Shown here: in pieces, positions 1-10,965 of the stretch
How the letters are laid out: each line of letters starts with the position of its first letter
Position numbering within the stretch: position 1 is the first letter of the stretch
Assembly (NCBI RefSeq): GCF_001186125.1
Contig: NW_014040378.1
Coordinates: forward strand, 41,002 to 75,139
Direction of reading: 5' to 3'
DNA length: 34,138 nt
Source of the DNA: Sphaeroforma arctica JP610
Lineage: Eukaryota
Notes under the pieces: model-generated
What the model saw: the letters and a program-made list of their open reading frames with translations, nothing else
What the model was told of the DNA's origin: nothing
The model's database searches: none
Made by a program: the position numbers and the translations under genes

Positions 1-1287
1 TCACAAAGCAAATAGCCTACTAACTCCACGAAATCTGTGGGAATCTCCGTGCAGGACATATTCTTCCAGATTGCCATGCAAGAATGCGGTCTTGTCATCG
101 AACTACAATACACTAAGTCCTCAGATGCAGTGATAGCCAAACATGCACACACTGTTTCCTTCGTGACCACTGATGATGATGTCTCCACAAAATCACGACC
201 ATACTGTTGTGCAAATCCTTTCGCGCACAGGCGTGCTTTATGTCGCACAACTGCTCCAATTTCATCACGCTTGAGAGTGAGAATCCACTTGAGTCCCAAA
301 GGCTCACTTGAGTCCCAAAGGCTTCGTCTGGGCGGTGCGGCGCTACTGCAATTTCCAAACCTTCATCTTCAACATTGAGCGTAGTTCATCTCTCATCACT
401 TCGCGGAAGCTCTCCTCATCATCAGCTAGAAAACCAAAATTAGATTCACCATGGTCTCGCTTACGATCCCGCCGGACCCTGGAGGGTTGACAATGTAGAG
501 TGCCACTTGATTGACGTTCACGTTTTCTCGCTGAGTCTAGATCCGTACGAGCCTTAGAACTGATCCTTGGAGACATCATATCATTTTCTCGGTCGCGTGT
601 GCGATCTACACGGGTTTTCAATAGCCAACCACCTCTCGTAGGGGTCTGTTTATCAGCCAAATCACGTTTCTAGTGATTGACTGGGCGAGCATAGCCAGGG
701 TGTTCACCTGGTCCCGATACATCACCCTCATCCGATGATGTTTCTGATTCGTCCATATTAGCATGATCGCCGACAGCACCATCCGCAGGACCTGCGTCAT
801 CACTATCCGTGTCTGTCTCTGACGCTGAAACAATATCCATGTTGTCATCACTGGCGCCTGTATCATCTTCAATAATATAGTCGTCACTCTCAGAATCATT
901 GACGTTGACCCTTGTCAACACAGTATACCTTCCTGACCCTTCTTGCCGAACTTCCTGTTGTGTTTTCCTGTCAAAGAAGTACACTTTCGCACCAAAAGGG
1001 ACAAATTACTTCGTGCAGACATATTTGATCATGATCTGGATGCCCTCATGATCGACGAAGTCTATAAAAAGGTGCTCAGATTTACCGGTGACAACCAACT
1101 TGATTCTTTGCCACCAGTCTTCGGTCTTATTGCCATAAAACCCCCTACTGATTGCAGTAACACGCATTCGTCAACAAAGATGCAGCCATGGTCAACAGAA
1201 TACTTCCAATCAAACGCCGCGACCGCCCTAATTGTCCTCTCTGTGGCAAATCCGAACACAGCATTTTCGGGTGTCCTGATTTACCGA
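1..1287 (-). mobile_element. Degenerate Ty1/Copia retrotransposon fragment A (Gag zinc-knuckle end, protease-like, SH3-like, RT N-terminus; large internal deletions)
   Basis: Manual translation gives GKSGHPKMLC (CCHC knuckle tail, ~1255-1285), VDHGC (protease DSG-like), KHNRKFGKKGQEGI and EVMRDELRSMLKMKVWKL. RT motifs follow: KPLGLKWILTLKRDEIGAVVRHKARLCAKGFAQQYGRDFVET...FDDKTAFLHGNLEED (RVT_2). Contains stops, frameshifts and a 19-bp duplication at ~286-323. Confidence 0.9.
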
Positions 1288-1309
1288 TTTTAGGGTTTTA
1301 AGGTTTTAG
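1288..1309 (+). repeat. Short interstitial telomere-like repeat (TTTTAGGG-TTTTAAGG-TTTTAG)
   Basis: Read directly; sits at the junction between Copia A (-) and Copia B (+). Confidence 0.6.
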
Positions 1310-1314
1310 AAATC

Positions 1315-1752
1315 GATTCAATCTGCCGTCGTTGTGGTTCAGCCGATCATAAAGGTAATAAATAAACGCCCTATTGATCGTTCTACACTTTCTTGCTCCC
1401 AATGAGACAGAGGAGGTCACAACAACACAGCTTGCATGTCCAAGTAAAACCACGGGGTTCATCGCTGCTATATCAGCACCCACTACGATCCAAATACGAA
1501 TATTACCAAGGACACTGAGACGAATGCTTCTCCGGATTCAATCTGCCGTCGTTGGTTCAGCCGATCATAAAGGTAATAAATAAATGCCCTATTGATCGTT
1601 CTACACTTTCTTGCTCCCAATGAGACAGAGGAGGTCACAACAACACAGCTTGCATGTCCAAGTAAAACCACGGGGTTCATCGCTGCTATATCAGCACCCA
1701 CTACGATCCAAATACGAATATTACCAAGGACACTGAGACGAATGCTTCTCCG
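1315..1752 (+). repeat. Near-perfect tandem duplication (~220 bp x2) of the Gag zinc-knuckle segment
   Basis: Copy 1 spans 1315-1534 and copy 2 spans 1535-1752; they differ by a 2-nt indel and a single substitution. Confidence 0.95.
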
Positions 1753-1972
1753 GACATCTATCGTCCTACAGAACTTAACCAGCATATTCCCAAGGATTCC
1801 AATATTCCCGACACATACTATACCAGACGTGAGCGGTCAATACAAAATAGTCACCTGTCCCACTCGCACCCTCACGGATTGGCACAACGTTCTCGGTCAC
1901 ACTTATCCACGCAAAACGCGGCCAACCCTTTCGCAAAAAATTGATGTTTATGTCGCTAAGAGCGAAAACATA

Positions 1973-2375
1973 GACAATTGAAAGTTAAATCTTGAACTCT
2001 TCCAGAAACACGTCGTTGAGCCTTTCGGGATCGTAAATATCGATTTATTTGCCTGTACAAACAATGCACAAGTTAGCTATCTATTGCAGTTTGGAACCGG
2101 GTGAACCACTTCATGATGCTTATACCCAGTCCTGGAATCAGAAGCAAGTCAATCTCCACACTAACATACCATTGAACAAGCACTGGTCTGGCACGCTCAA
2201 CAAACTGGACACGGAAAATGCTGTCGTCTTCCCTCTGGCTCCCCACAACAAACACTCAAACAGTTGCATTCACATGTGGAGGTTGTCCGCACGACTTCCA
2301 CTACATTTCTTCGCAACGGCTCTGAAGTGGTTGGCTCACCAAAGTGGAGATACATTTGTGTTGCCCGTTTAGGCA
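1973..2375 (+). pseudogene. Dam-like DNA N6-adenine methyltransferase domain (DIRS/phage type) inside the Copia polyprotein
   Basis: DN*(W)KLNLELFQKHVVEPFGIVNIDLFACTNN/HKLAIYCSLEPGEPLHDAYTQSWNQKQVNLHTNIPL...LNKLDTENAVVFPLAP fits the DW.L...F...FG...DLFA...N.KL..Y.S...DA...W....NPP pattern. It has one stop (1979-1981) and two compensating frameshifts (~2066, ~2300). Confidence 0.75.
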
Positions 2376-2589
2376 ACGCCAAACACGCCATACCTCTGAC
2401 AGCTAATCTGCTCACAGCCCAGGAAGATGTACTTCCTCACACTGCCTGTGTATCCTGCAAGATGCGTCGTCGGCCCATTTCGAACAAGCTCAAAGATCTT
2501 GCGACTCGCTCGCCGCCGGGTATTGTATTTACGTTGTCCAAGAAACAGGCCTGACACCCTCAGCAACCGGCTGCACTTCTATCATCAAA

Positions 2590-2912
2590 TACGTTGACAC
2601 CAACAGTACCATGATCTTCTCTTATCCACTACAGTCCAAGGACGAGGCTGCTCATACTCTTGACCTGTTTTACACTTGGCTAGGAAAAGATAAACTTGCA
2701 AAACTTGAGGAGTTAAAGTGCGATTACGGTGGGGAATTCGTTTTTCACGAATTTAAAGCCATCAATACCGTTGAACACGTCAAAGTCCTTTACACATCTA
2801 CTGACTCACCAGCACCTCATGGATTAGTGGAGCGTATGAATGGTATTATCGCGGACTTCATGCGTGGCTTTCTTGACCATTCCGGTCAGCCTGCCGAGAT
2901 GTGGCCCAAGCC
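2590..2912 (+). pseudogene. Copia integrase catalytic core (rve), truncated
   Basis: ORF 2611-2934 has KSKDEA-like, DxGGEF and GxxERMN motifs and ends in telomeric repeat. Confidence 0.92.
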
Positions 2913-2940
2913 AACCCTAAACCCTAAACCCTAAAACCCT
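2913..2940 (-). repeat. Interstitial telomere-type repeat (CCCTAAA)n on +, i.e. TTTAGGG/TTTTAGGG on -
   Basis: aaccctaaaccctaaaccctaaaaccct, read directly. Confidence 0.85.
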
Positions 2941-4122
2941 GGGGCACGACATCGACTCTAAATATTATTATGAATGTAGAATTTTAAGCACAGGCCACAT
3001 ATGTCATTGTAAAGATATCAAGTTCAACGAACGTGTCTTTGCTACTTGGACTAAGGTTATGACTGCACCCCTCCCTCGCTTCACCACACTGCGGCACGAC
3101 ATACCAACTATACGGGAACTAACACTGGCACTCACTGCCACACAATCTTACCTTCCAACGACTCACCCCTACCTTCCACTCCCCTGTTCCTAACGATATC
3201 AGTCGAAACGTCACTCCAGAGGAGCTTCCGCCGGCATCTGGCACTTGTCCTTCCCCCGGCTCAGCTCTCCGTCCTGCAAACACGTATTCAGCACTGGATT
3301 CAAGGGAGTTATCGCACAATATATCTGATCATACTATAAACTCTAGTGCTTCAAGGGAGGACTGCCCCATTGTCACTAACCAGCACCCACCCAACGCCGA
3401 CGCGCCACATACCCGATCAGGTCCTGTTTGCTCACCAACTACACTGACTAATACTATGTAAGACACCATCCAACGTCACGAAAGCTTCGTGGGTTAATCT
3501 TGCAACCCCGTTTCAACACTGGCATCCTAAATAAACCTGACTTACCATATAAGATGCGTATATGACTCGTACGCGTGCCCGACAAATGAATGAACATAAT
3601 GCTGCCATCGCCGATCAGCTCAACTGTATCAACAATCCCACTTGTCCGGCTACCAGTCATGTACACTGGTCAACCGACATTGAAAATTCTGGCTTTACTG
3701 CCACCGATATGACCACGCTTACCGATGACATTCTCTGTCACAATCGCTGACCATCAAGTGATTAGTTTATGATCTCCTTCAGAACATTTGGAATCGTCTG
3801 CCGCACTATTGAATATAGTAGCTATGCTATAGATGTTACGTAAAAGCTGTGTGAATATATGCCGACAGAGTAGCAAGACGACCTCGCAACAGGCCACCGT
3901 TGGTTTGTGCACGTTCGTATCGCTACTTGCCATACGAAGCAAGTGTAGGCAACTACGTACCTTGCAAAGTATGTGTATGTAACTAGTTACTCTGCCAAGT
4001 ATGCACCGCATCCAAAATCGACTCGCAAATTCGGAGTGAATACAATTAGCGCAAAAAGCAGATGCAAGAGTAGGAACACTGCGCCCGAAAAGAAATTAGC
4101 ATCTCTACATGTCATTAAGAAA

Positions 4123-4456
4123 GTACTGACTTCCCTTTATACACATAATTCAGAATATACTGACATCCTTTATAGACACATAGTTCAGAATGTACTGACA
4201 TCCTTTCATAGACACAAAATTCAGAATGTACTGACATCCTTTTACAGACACATAATTCAGAATGTACTGACGTCCTTCTATAGGCACATAATCCTGAACT
4301 TACTGACATCCTTTTATAGACACACTTTTATAGACACATAATTCAGAATGTAAAGACATCCTTTTATAGACACATGATTCAGAATGTACTGACATTCTTT
4401 TATAGCATAGACTCATAATTCAGAATGTACTGACGTTCCTTTATAGACACATAATC
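4123..4456. repeat. 36-bp minisatellite, ~9 copies (ACTGACATCCTTTTATAGACACATAATTCAGAATGT)
   Basis: Direct tandem copies with substitutions and indels and no unique spacers. Confidence 0.95.
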
Positions 4457-4925
4457 CAAACCCAGGGCATTAACTGCGATGGAACGTTTGCCCCTACATA
4501 TTCCCACGAAGCACTCCGGACTGTATTAGTAGTGTCTGCCGCACAAGAGTGGCATGTTGAACAGATGGACGTTGATACTGTTTACCTGTATGTTGACCTC
4601 GACGAGCCCGGTTATATGCCTCCACCGAAAGGTTCTAGCGTCGTTGGCCTCCCAGATGAATCAATATTGGCCTTGAAGAAAAGCCACTATGGCTTAAAAC
4701 AGTCCGGACGGCTTTGGCATGCCTTAATCAAATACAAGCTTCTCGGCATGGGTTCAAACAAAGTACCTTGGTCCCCTGTGTTGTTTTAATATACATTGAT
4801 GACATTATTGTATGCGGTAGACAGGAAAGCGATGTCCAACACTTCAAAACACTACTCCAGAACGAGTTTAGTTGCAAAGATTTAGGAAATCCGTGCACTG
4901 GCTACTTGGTGTGCGTGTATTTACC
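4457..4925 (+). pseudogene. Copia reverse transcriptase fragment (RVT_2)
   Basis: TFAP, QMDVDT, LKKSHYGLKQSGRLW, YIDD and CKDLG motifs, with a frameshift at ~4750. Confidence 0.93.
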
Positions 4926-6559
4926 ATGGCGGGTTCTATTAGCCTCGTACACTTCGGGCCACAGATCAGCATCATTGCCACGGAGAGCCTTTTGATGGAT
5001 TTATATATGGGTTGATGTGGATTGCTGCGCATATCCTATATAACAGTTCGATAGTTCCACCTTTACTTGCTGTTAGTGTTCGTGGTTCCGGGTAATGGTG
5101 GTGGCGTCGTGTTGATGCGTATGATTATGTCGTCAGGCGGGGGTCTTCCTCGAGTGCGAGTTGCGGGGTCTGCCGAGTTAGCGATTTGATTGTTTTGTTT
5201 GTGCTGGAGCGGGCGTGTTTTAAAGCAGCCCTGCGGAAGTATATAAAAAGATAGTCAGTTATATTTGCTAATCCATTTGGTATTTACACCAATTTCTTTC
5301 CGTTTGCTACAATAATTTTGGTCACTCAAAATCTTTTAAAGTCTAATTCCATTTGCTACGACCATGCTCATTTCTTATTGGTTCAAATCGCCAAATTACA
5401 ATTTCATAGTTTTTACCCCACTCCCCAGTATGTAATTCATAAATTCATAAGTTTCAAATTTCACATATGCGTCCCGTGACACGTATAACCCCTGCGGAGG
5501 AATAAGCCCAGTAACAAATAAGTGTTTACATTCTCAATATCTCGGCTTACATTAGGTTTCTCAACATATGCGTTACGCTATATGACATATGAGTTCATTC
5601 TGCACAATATGCATAGTTCTAATATATGATATATGTGTTCATTCTGCACAATATGCATAGTACTAATCAAATATCTACATACTCACTTAAAAAGTACTAT
5701 AAGCTACACGCTTAAACAAGTCCTAAACATAAAAATAAAGTTCGTGAGACAAAATTAAGCAACCCAACCATGTTTTTTCTCGGGACCCAGCTGCTGAACC
5801 AATATTCCCATGTGTAAATAATTCCACTCTCAATTTAACCCAAGTTTTTACGCAAGTGTAGTATAGTATAAACATTCCATCCATTATATAAATAATTAAT
5901 AGGTTATGGGCGATATAATCCAGGACGCAGCTCTTTCCTACAGATTAAAATATGCTACTCACTATATATACTCACAAGAGTCGTCTATCCGCTGATTGCC
6001 CCACGGACCGCCGCCTTCTCTACCTATAGCGCCCGAGATCTACTCACCGATTACCGCCCTTTAAATCATCGACCCTTCAGCCACCAACAACATGTTTACC
6101 TTCTACGGCACTACACACCGCGCAATCTCCATTCAAGACGTATGACAATTAAGTTGAATTACGGGAAACAATAAATAACATTCGTCCTCCTAGAGTTAAC
6201 ATGATCTCTCTACCTCCGACTACAATTATCGATGCTAAATTCGACGCTCTAATTAAGTTTGTCAATACCATGTTCACAGCACCAACAACCAACAATCAAC
6301 CCACATTTCAATGTCATGTGCACTGGTCCACACATCACCATCATTCAGGCCGATGAACTATAACATGTGGAAGTGCGACGACGACAAACAGTACACTGCT
6401 CGCGATTGTCAAACAACACTACTGACATATACAAATGGCAATCAACAGCACCAACTAGCAGTCGTGAGTAGTAAATGTACTAGTAATCTCAATTTTCCAT
6501 GCCCAGTCTCTGCCACTTCTAACGACTTGCACGTTTCATGCGAATCTGTAAATTATATC

Positions 6560-8050
6560 CAGGGATCTACACTACTGTAGCGCTTGTTGGAGCCCTCCAC
6601 ACCGCCGTCCAGCACTCCCCCGCCTTAGTGGCCACATCATTCATGCCCGAGCCAACCCCGATATTGAAAAACACTGCCTGGTCTGTATGGAGGCAAAACT
6701 GGCGTATCCCACACATCTACCGACACAATTCACTCTCTGGTGAGAAATATTGTGTTGATCTACAGGCCCCGGTACGTTCAGACCGAGACAACAACAAATA
6801 CGCACTCAACAAGGTCGATAAGGGGTCAACCTTCGGCATTCACAAGAACCACCAGAAAAAGGTGTCCATTAAGCAACAAATATGAGAATTCCTTACCCAT
6901 ATATCAAAACATCGCAAACCGCATACACAAACTTCTGACCGGGACTCAGTTATCAAGAGCACAATCGTCCGAGGTAACAAGGGTTCACTCATGTCCCTCC
7001 CTCAGCATCGAATTCGATGTCCCCTCACACACCCCAAATGAACCCTACTATTGAGCGCCAGCACGAGACGTTTAACAACATGGTTCGTTGCCAACTCCTC
7101 AAAACAGGCATGTGGCCAAACCAAGCACTCTCCAAGAACTCCCGTCTTTTCTTCCCCCTCCATATTCAGCATAGAATGCAGGAGATAGCGAGATAGCCAT
7201 CATATATGCATCTCGAATGTACTGTTTCCTATAAGATATATATATCTTCTGGCCAAGATATATATATCTTCTGGCCAAGATATATTCATTATCTTCTGGC
7301 CCACACTCCAAACACACACACATTCACCTGTGTGGTTTTGAAATCTACTTGTCTACACCCTTAACGGTATTGAATACGTATTTAAATACAAAGCTTTGCT
7401 ACTCAGCACTATATAGCCGCGACGTGCATTAATTACTTTACTGCCGAAGGCCCTCAGTCGACATCCAATGACAAACATGCCACCCATTGTGCCCACCTAT
7501 CTACTTGAATTATTCAAATAGACTGCGCCACTGCCTCGCACCATATGGCCATTGAGATCCCACTTGATCCTCCACATGGACCTCCCATCACCTCCTGTGG
7601 CAACAAAATACAACCATCCACCACATCCCCCGGCCCCTACCACCTCTTCCCATTGTTATTGTACATCCGGCCCCCACTCCAATTATGATATCACAGCCAA
7701 TCTCTCCGGCCCCCACTCCAACCATGAACTCTGAACTAATCCCACCACTGCCAGAGCATATCCTTCTTCCCGTAGCGATCCCTTCACGTCAACCACCCTC
7801 TTCTAACCCATCTTCACCTTCTTCTAACCCACCTCCACCTTCTTTTATCTCACCTCCAACCGATCCTGCTACATCAGCGCCATCCCCTATACCTCTGTTG
7901 CTATCGCCCACACCACCTTCTGGCATCACTCAGGATTTTGGATTTGAACTTAACATGACTGAATTTTATACATCCCCAGAAGCCAATCAATATCTACACT
8001 CGGACATCTTCAACAATCAACCATACATCATTCGGAAAACGACCTCGACC
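6560..8050 (+). mobile_element. Highly degenerate Copia fragment C (pre-integrase zinc finger, integrase, Pro-rich linker)
   Basis: ALHTAVQH...HCLVCMEAK (normal HH-CC spacing), GEKYCVDLQAPVRSDRDNNKYALNKVDKGS, SDRDS, PSHTP and TIERQHETFNNMVRC (~7050-7092). The right boundary is approximate. Confidence 0.75.
7233..7302. repeat. 22-bp tandem repeat x3 (AAGATATATATATCTTCTGGCC) built of palindromes
   Basis: Read directly. Confidence 0.85.
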
Positions 8051-8599
8051 TCTACGGCAGTGGGCAAACTCACTTGGCTATACTATACTTACTGGTGGCC
8101 ATAGTCGGCCCATCATACTCACACGTGTCCTGTGGCGATTTATAAAATTAGTGTGAATTTTTGAACTCTTGTGAAATTGATCTTTATTTTCATTTTTACT
8201 CTATATTTATACTATTTCTCGTCAAAATTGGACGGCCCTCTCAGCTCGAATGATTCTTCTGTCAAAGAGATTCCAACGGATGCGCGTGACCTATTTTTAG
8301 ATTCCATCTCTGAAAACACAAACACAATATTTACAATCATACTTAATTTTCCAAGTTCAATAACTCAACAATAATCACTCAAACAAAACGACCAAGGTGG
8401 CATATTCACATGTCACATAATCATACATTCATGATCATACATTCAATCGGTTAAACGCAATCGGCACGCACAACCTGTTCGTAAACACGACATACGAAAA
8501 CGCACATAGAACATCAATTTCTCAACGAACTAAGTCTGAGTCCAATACTTCAAAATGTGATTTTTAACAATTTGTTTATCCATATTTAGGATTCTCAAT

Positions 8600-10680
8600 C
8601 CTGGGTAGAGCCCAAACCCCTCCCTGAATCGTAAACATAAGTGTTCGTTGGCAGGTTTTTGGTAAGCAAGTCTGCCAAATTATCGTTGGCAGTGATGTAG
8701 AATATGTTAATTTGAGCCTTGCGCACACAACCAGGTATGTATTGTGTTCGTATGTCTATATATTTCAATCCTTAGGAGTTCCAGTGCTATGAGCGACCTT
8801 GATGGCACTCTGATTGTCACAGTGTAAATGTATTGGTAAATGTAGTGCGTAGCCAATGGCATGAAGTATGTTTCTGACCCAAGCAATGTGGCGAACGGTC
8901 TCAGAGGCAGCCACGTATTCCGCCTCTGTAGAACCGACAGCGACTGTTGTCTATTTGGCGCTTTTCCAGTATATGGGTGCATTGTTGAACAAATAACAGA
9001 ACTAGTCTTGTGATCTGCGATTAGAGTGGTCACGTGCCCAATCAGAGTCGGTGGAGGCTTCAATAGCGAAGTCAAGTTTTTCGCCAGGTGCTTTGCGACG
9101 GTAATTTATCTTTAAGGTCCTTGGTAACGTGTATGTATTAAAATGAGAGCAATTACGTGGTCGATGGTAGGGCTAGATTCAAAGGCAGCAAGTTGATTAG
9201 CAGTGGCGGTAATGTCGATCCTGATACGGTTAGCGGCGAATCCGAGTACACTTAGTAATTTGCTCAAGTCGCGCCCCGTATAAGGTGCGTTGGTTGAGTC
9301 TGCGAGTGTTGAGTTGTGCCAGGTGTATTCGTTGGAACAGCATCGGTGAGTTGTAAGGAGATGAGCATATATTTAACATGAGAGCTTGTTGATCAATCAC
9401 AATGCGATCAAGATGTTGGTGAATTCGTAGTCCAACGAGGTGGCGCACCGGTCCAAGGTTTTTCATAGAATGGTAGCGCAATAAATTAAAAACGAGCCAT
9501 ACTTCTTTGCCAGAGGCATGGCGGGATAGCTGGAACAACCTCGTCGACATAGATTACGGTAATGACGAAGTGGACAGGATGGAACCAGATGCATTCAACA
9601 GCATCGTTAGAATGAAATCAAGTGGTCTTCGATTATTTTGCTATCTCGATGTTCCATAAGGATTGTTTCAATCTGTAAAGACCGCGGTTGAGCTGGTGGA
9701 TAGTGTTAGGGGAATAAAATTACCGTCCGACCGCGCCATTAGGCGGATACATGTAAACCGGGGTATCGAGGTAGGAACTTAGCTATGCAGTATCGACGTC
9801 ATACTGGAAGACGTCCAGATCACAAAAGGCAGTCTGTGCTAGAAAAGCCCGTTGTGTAGTCGAAGTGGCGGCTTTGGAGCAAGTATCATAAAATATCACC
9901 TTCCACCTGTTGGTCGCCATTCGCGACCATCCTATCCTTCAAAAGGGTCGGGACAGCCTTTCCATGATGCTTCCGAGTCAAAACGTACTTATAGTGTATA
10001 AATTTTGTGCCAGTACGGACTTGTGTGACCACAGCCATGAAATTCATCCGGGAGTACCGCCTGTTTGATACTTTTAGGGAAGGCATGACCAATGGCAACG
10101 CTAGCTTCGATCAAGGTGCATTCTGTGGTAATTGTGGCTTGTATAGTGCGTACAGAAGGTTAGATAGTGGTACTGGATTCGTCGGAAAGGTCGATGCCGA
10201 CATCTGAGTTGTCGGTTTGTGGTGTGTAGTTTGTAGGATCCGGGCAGCAAAAGCTGCCAGATTAGGCTCATAGCCGAAATCGTGGCGTGGGTCGTCCAGA
10301 TGGGCACTAGCTTCCCTATCTGAGTGGTGTTGAGCGAGCGTCGAGAGTTGCCTGTCGTGAGATACGGTGGGAAAAGACACATTTGGAGAGAAATCAACAA
10401 GTTTACGCTGTGTCTGCCGTTCAGTGATGTATTTAGGCCCTGTTGTGCAACTCAATATGAGCATTATTGCCCTGATTTCTATTTTCCCAGTTCGAATATA
10501 ATTTCCCAGGCATGGGTAGTGCCATCTGAAAATTTTGAGTTCCTTGTATGCCCAAATTAATGGTCATTATTTGAAACGGCCCACAATACGGTTTTATTAC
10601 GGCAACAAAAATGCTCTTTTTCAGAACACGAAACCGCCAAACCCAGAAATGGAGATCGTTGACACCGCCCAAACAAAATA
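8600..10680 (-). mobile_element. Degenerate Copia fragment D (post-integrase region, RT, RNase H, possible polypurine tract)
   Basis: RT motifs KYVLTRK...KDRMVANGDQQ, QYDVDTA, VYMYPPNG, IYVDE, MKNLG. RNase H motifs SDWA, WKSAK*TTVAVGSTEAEY, CDNQSAI, IDIR, NLADLLTKNL (8652-8682). Purine run AGGGAGGGG at ~8616-8625. Confidence 0.92.
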
Positions 10681-10965
10681 CAAAGTAAAGACGGTTGTTG
10701 TCACATTATTGTGTATGTAAACAAAAGTGTGTATACTATATATATTGTATTTTATACTGGTGTTCTAGTTCTTTCTACGCCAGCCATGAGTAACTCGCAC
10801 CCATTCTCGACATTGAACACGACTGTGCCATCAGTCCCACCACACCCCAATGGCAACTATATAATTGACCATCAGCAATCTATTTACCCACAGCATTTGA
10901 AAGCAGCAACAGCATCTAGCACATTGCATGTATTACCTACTGAGTATTGATCTAGCAACAGTGCT

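Larger units (their letters stand above)
1310..4925 (+). mobile_element. Degenerate Ty1/Copia retrotransposon B (Gag CCHC knuckles, GAG-pre-integrase with inserted MTase domain, rve integrase, SH3, RT)
   Basis: Motifs in order: CRRCGSADH and CSQ*DRGGHNNTAC knuckles; WHNVLGH (1880-1900); CVSCKMRRRP (2447-2476); integrase YVDTNSTMIFSYPLQSKDEA...KCDYGGEF...HGLVERMN...MWP; SH3 LGHDIDSKYYY...KDIKFNE (2939-3031); RT QGINCDGTFAP...QMDVDT...YGLKQSGRLW...YIDDII (4457-4810). Integrase-before-RT order is Copia. That the RT belongs to the same copy is not proven. Confidence 0.9.

Noticed and set aside
4123..4456. CRISPR array or repeat-protein ORF (3973-4341)
   Set aside because: No spacers; the ORF arises only because the unit is 36 nt, and indels break it.
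4985..5230. Another Copia SH3 fragment on the minus strand (CYIGY)
   Set aside because: Only a five-residue resemblance; insufficient support.
7552..8104. Standalone Pro/Ser-rich gene
   Set aside because: Position and composition fit the integrase-RT linker of Copia C.
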